Assembly: GCA_023231475.1 (NCBI GenBank)
Contig: JALJEE010000208.1
Location: 46,184-66,183, forward strand
Direction: 5' to 3'
Length of the DNA: 20,000 bases
Source of the DNA: Seison nebaliae
Taxonomy: Eukaryota
The notes under the pieces were generated by a model. It saw only the letters and a program-made list of their open reading frames with translations. It was not told where the DNA came from and ran no database searches. This document shows positions 19,667-20,000 of this stretch, piece after piece. Position 1 is the first letter of the stretch. Each line of letters starts with the position of its first letter. Position numbers and translations under genes: made by a program.

Positions 19667-20000
19667 TTAGAGAAATTTATTTTTGTGAAGAGATTTCCGA
19701 ACATTTTTCAACAGTTCGATATCCTGAACGAATGACTCATTTTCATGAGCGAATCGATTAGTTAATTCGAAGATATCAGAATCATCTGTCGTATTATTCT
19801 CTTTATTGCCATCGTCGAAATTTTTCTCTCGTGACATGTGAGATGATTCGATAAGTTTCGTAAATTCTTCAGTGAAATATTCGTAAAGTTTCGTATGATA
19901 TTCATCTTTTTCTTGTAAACGTTTTTGAAATAAATTCCTTTCGTTTTCTAATTGAACATTCAGTTCATTAACACGATCTAACAATTTGACGACAGCTAAT
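19667..20000 (-). CDS. Partial exon of a coiled-coil protein entering from beyond the window edge
   Basis: Open frame LDRVNELNVQLENERNLFQKRLQEKDEY.. with a candidate GTTCGG donor at 19702. Downstream exons not resolved. Confidence 0.5.
   Translation of the reverse strand, partial: LAVVKLLDRVNELNVQLENERNLFQKRLQEKDEYHTKLYEYFTEEFTKLIESSHMSREKNFDDGNKENNTTDDSDIFELTNRFAHENESFVQDIELLKNVRKSLHKNKFL

Noticed and set aside
1..20000. Prokaryotic interpretation, alternative genetic code or programmed frameshifts to explain fragmented ORFs
   Set aside because: Short GT-AG introns restore CFAP20, BBS4, the phosphatase and the kinase exactly in the standard code.
1..20000. tRNA, rRNA, snRNA genes or CRISPR arrays
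   Set aside because: None recognisable by eye; a covariance-model search would be needed to exclude small intronic RNAs.

Overview
AT-rich, gene-dense eukaryotic (animal-like) nuclear DNA in the standard code; the organism cannot be identified from the sequence alone. Most ORF-track entries are exon fragments. Spliced by hand, the window holds a TRMT2-family methyltransferase lacking catalytic residues (+, 5'-partial), a SLIMP-like inactive SerRS paralogue (+), a TMEM72-like 4-TM protein (-), a coiled-coil protein (-), a divergent HR1+AGC (PKN-like) kinase (-), CFAP20 (-) head-to-head with BBS4 (+), a single-pass membrane protein (-) head-to-head with a PTP1B/TC-PTP-type phosphatase (+), a secreted repeat-helix precursor (-), a decayed and internally inverted non-LTR retrotransposon, and a partial coiled-coil gene. 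The most striking signal is the splice code: 24 of 25 introns I could place begin GTT (mostly GTT-pyrimidine, rarely +5G), 23 are 39-72 nt long, and nearby textbook GTAAG/GTGAGT donors appear to be ignored. Also notable are a possible operon-like unpaired splice acceptor between two adjacent tRNA-metabolism pseudoenzymes, and RFX X-box motifs, one perfect copy lying inside a phosphatase intron.
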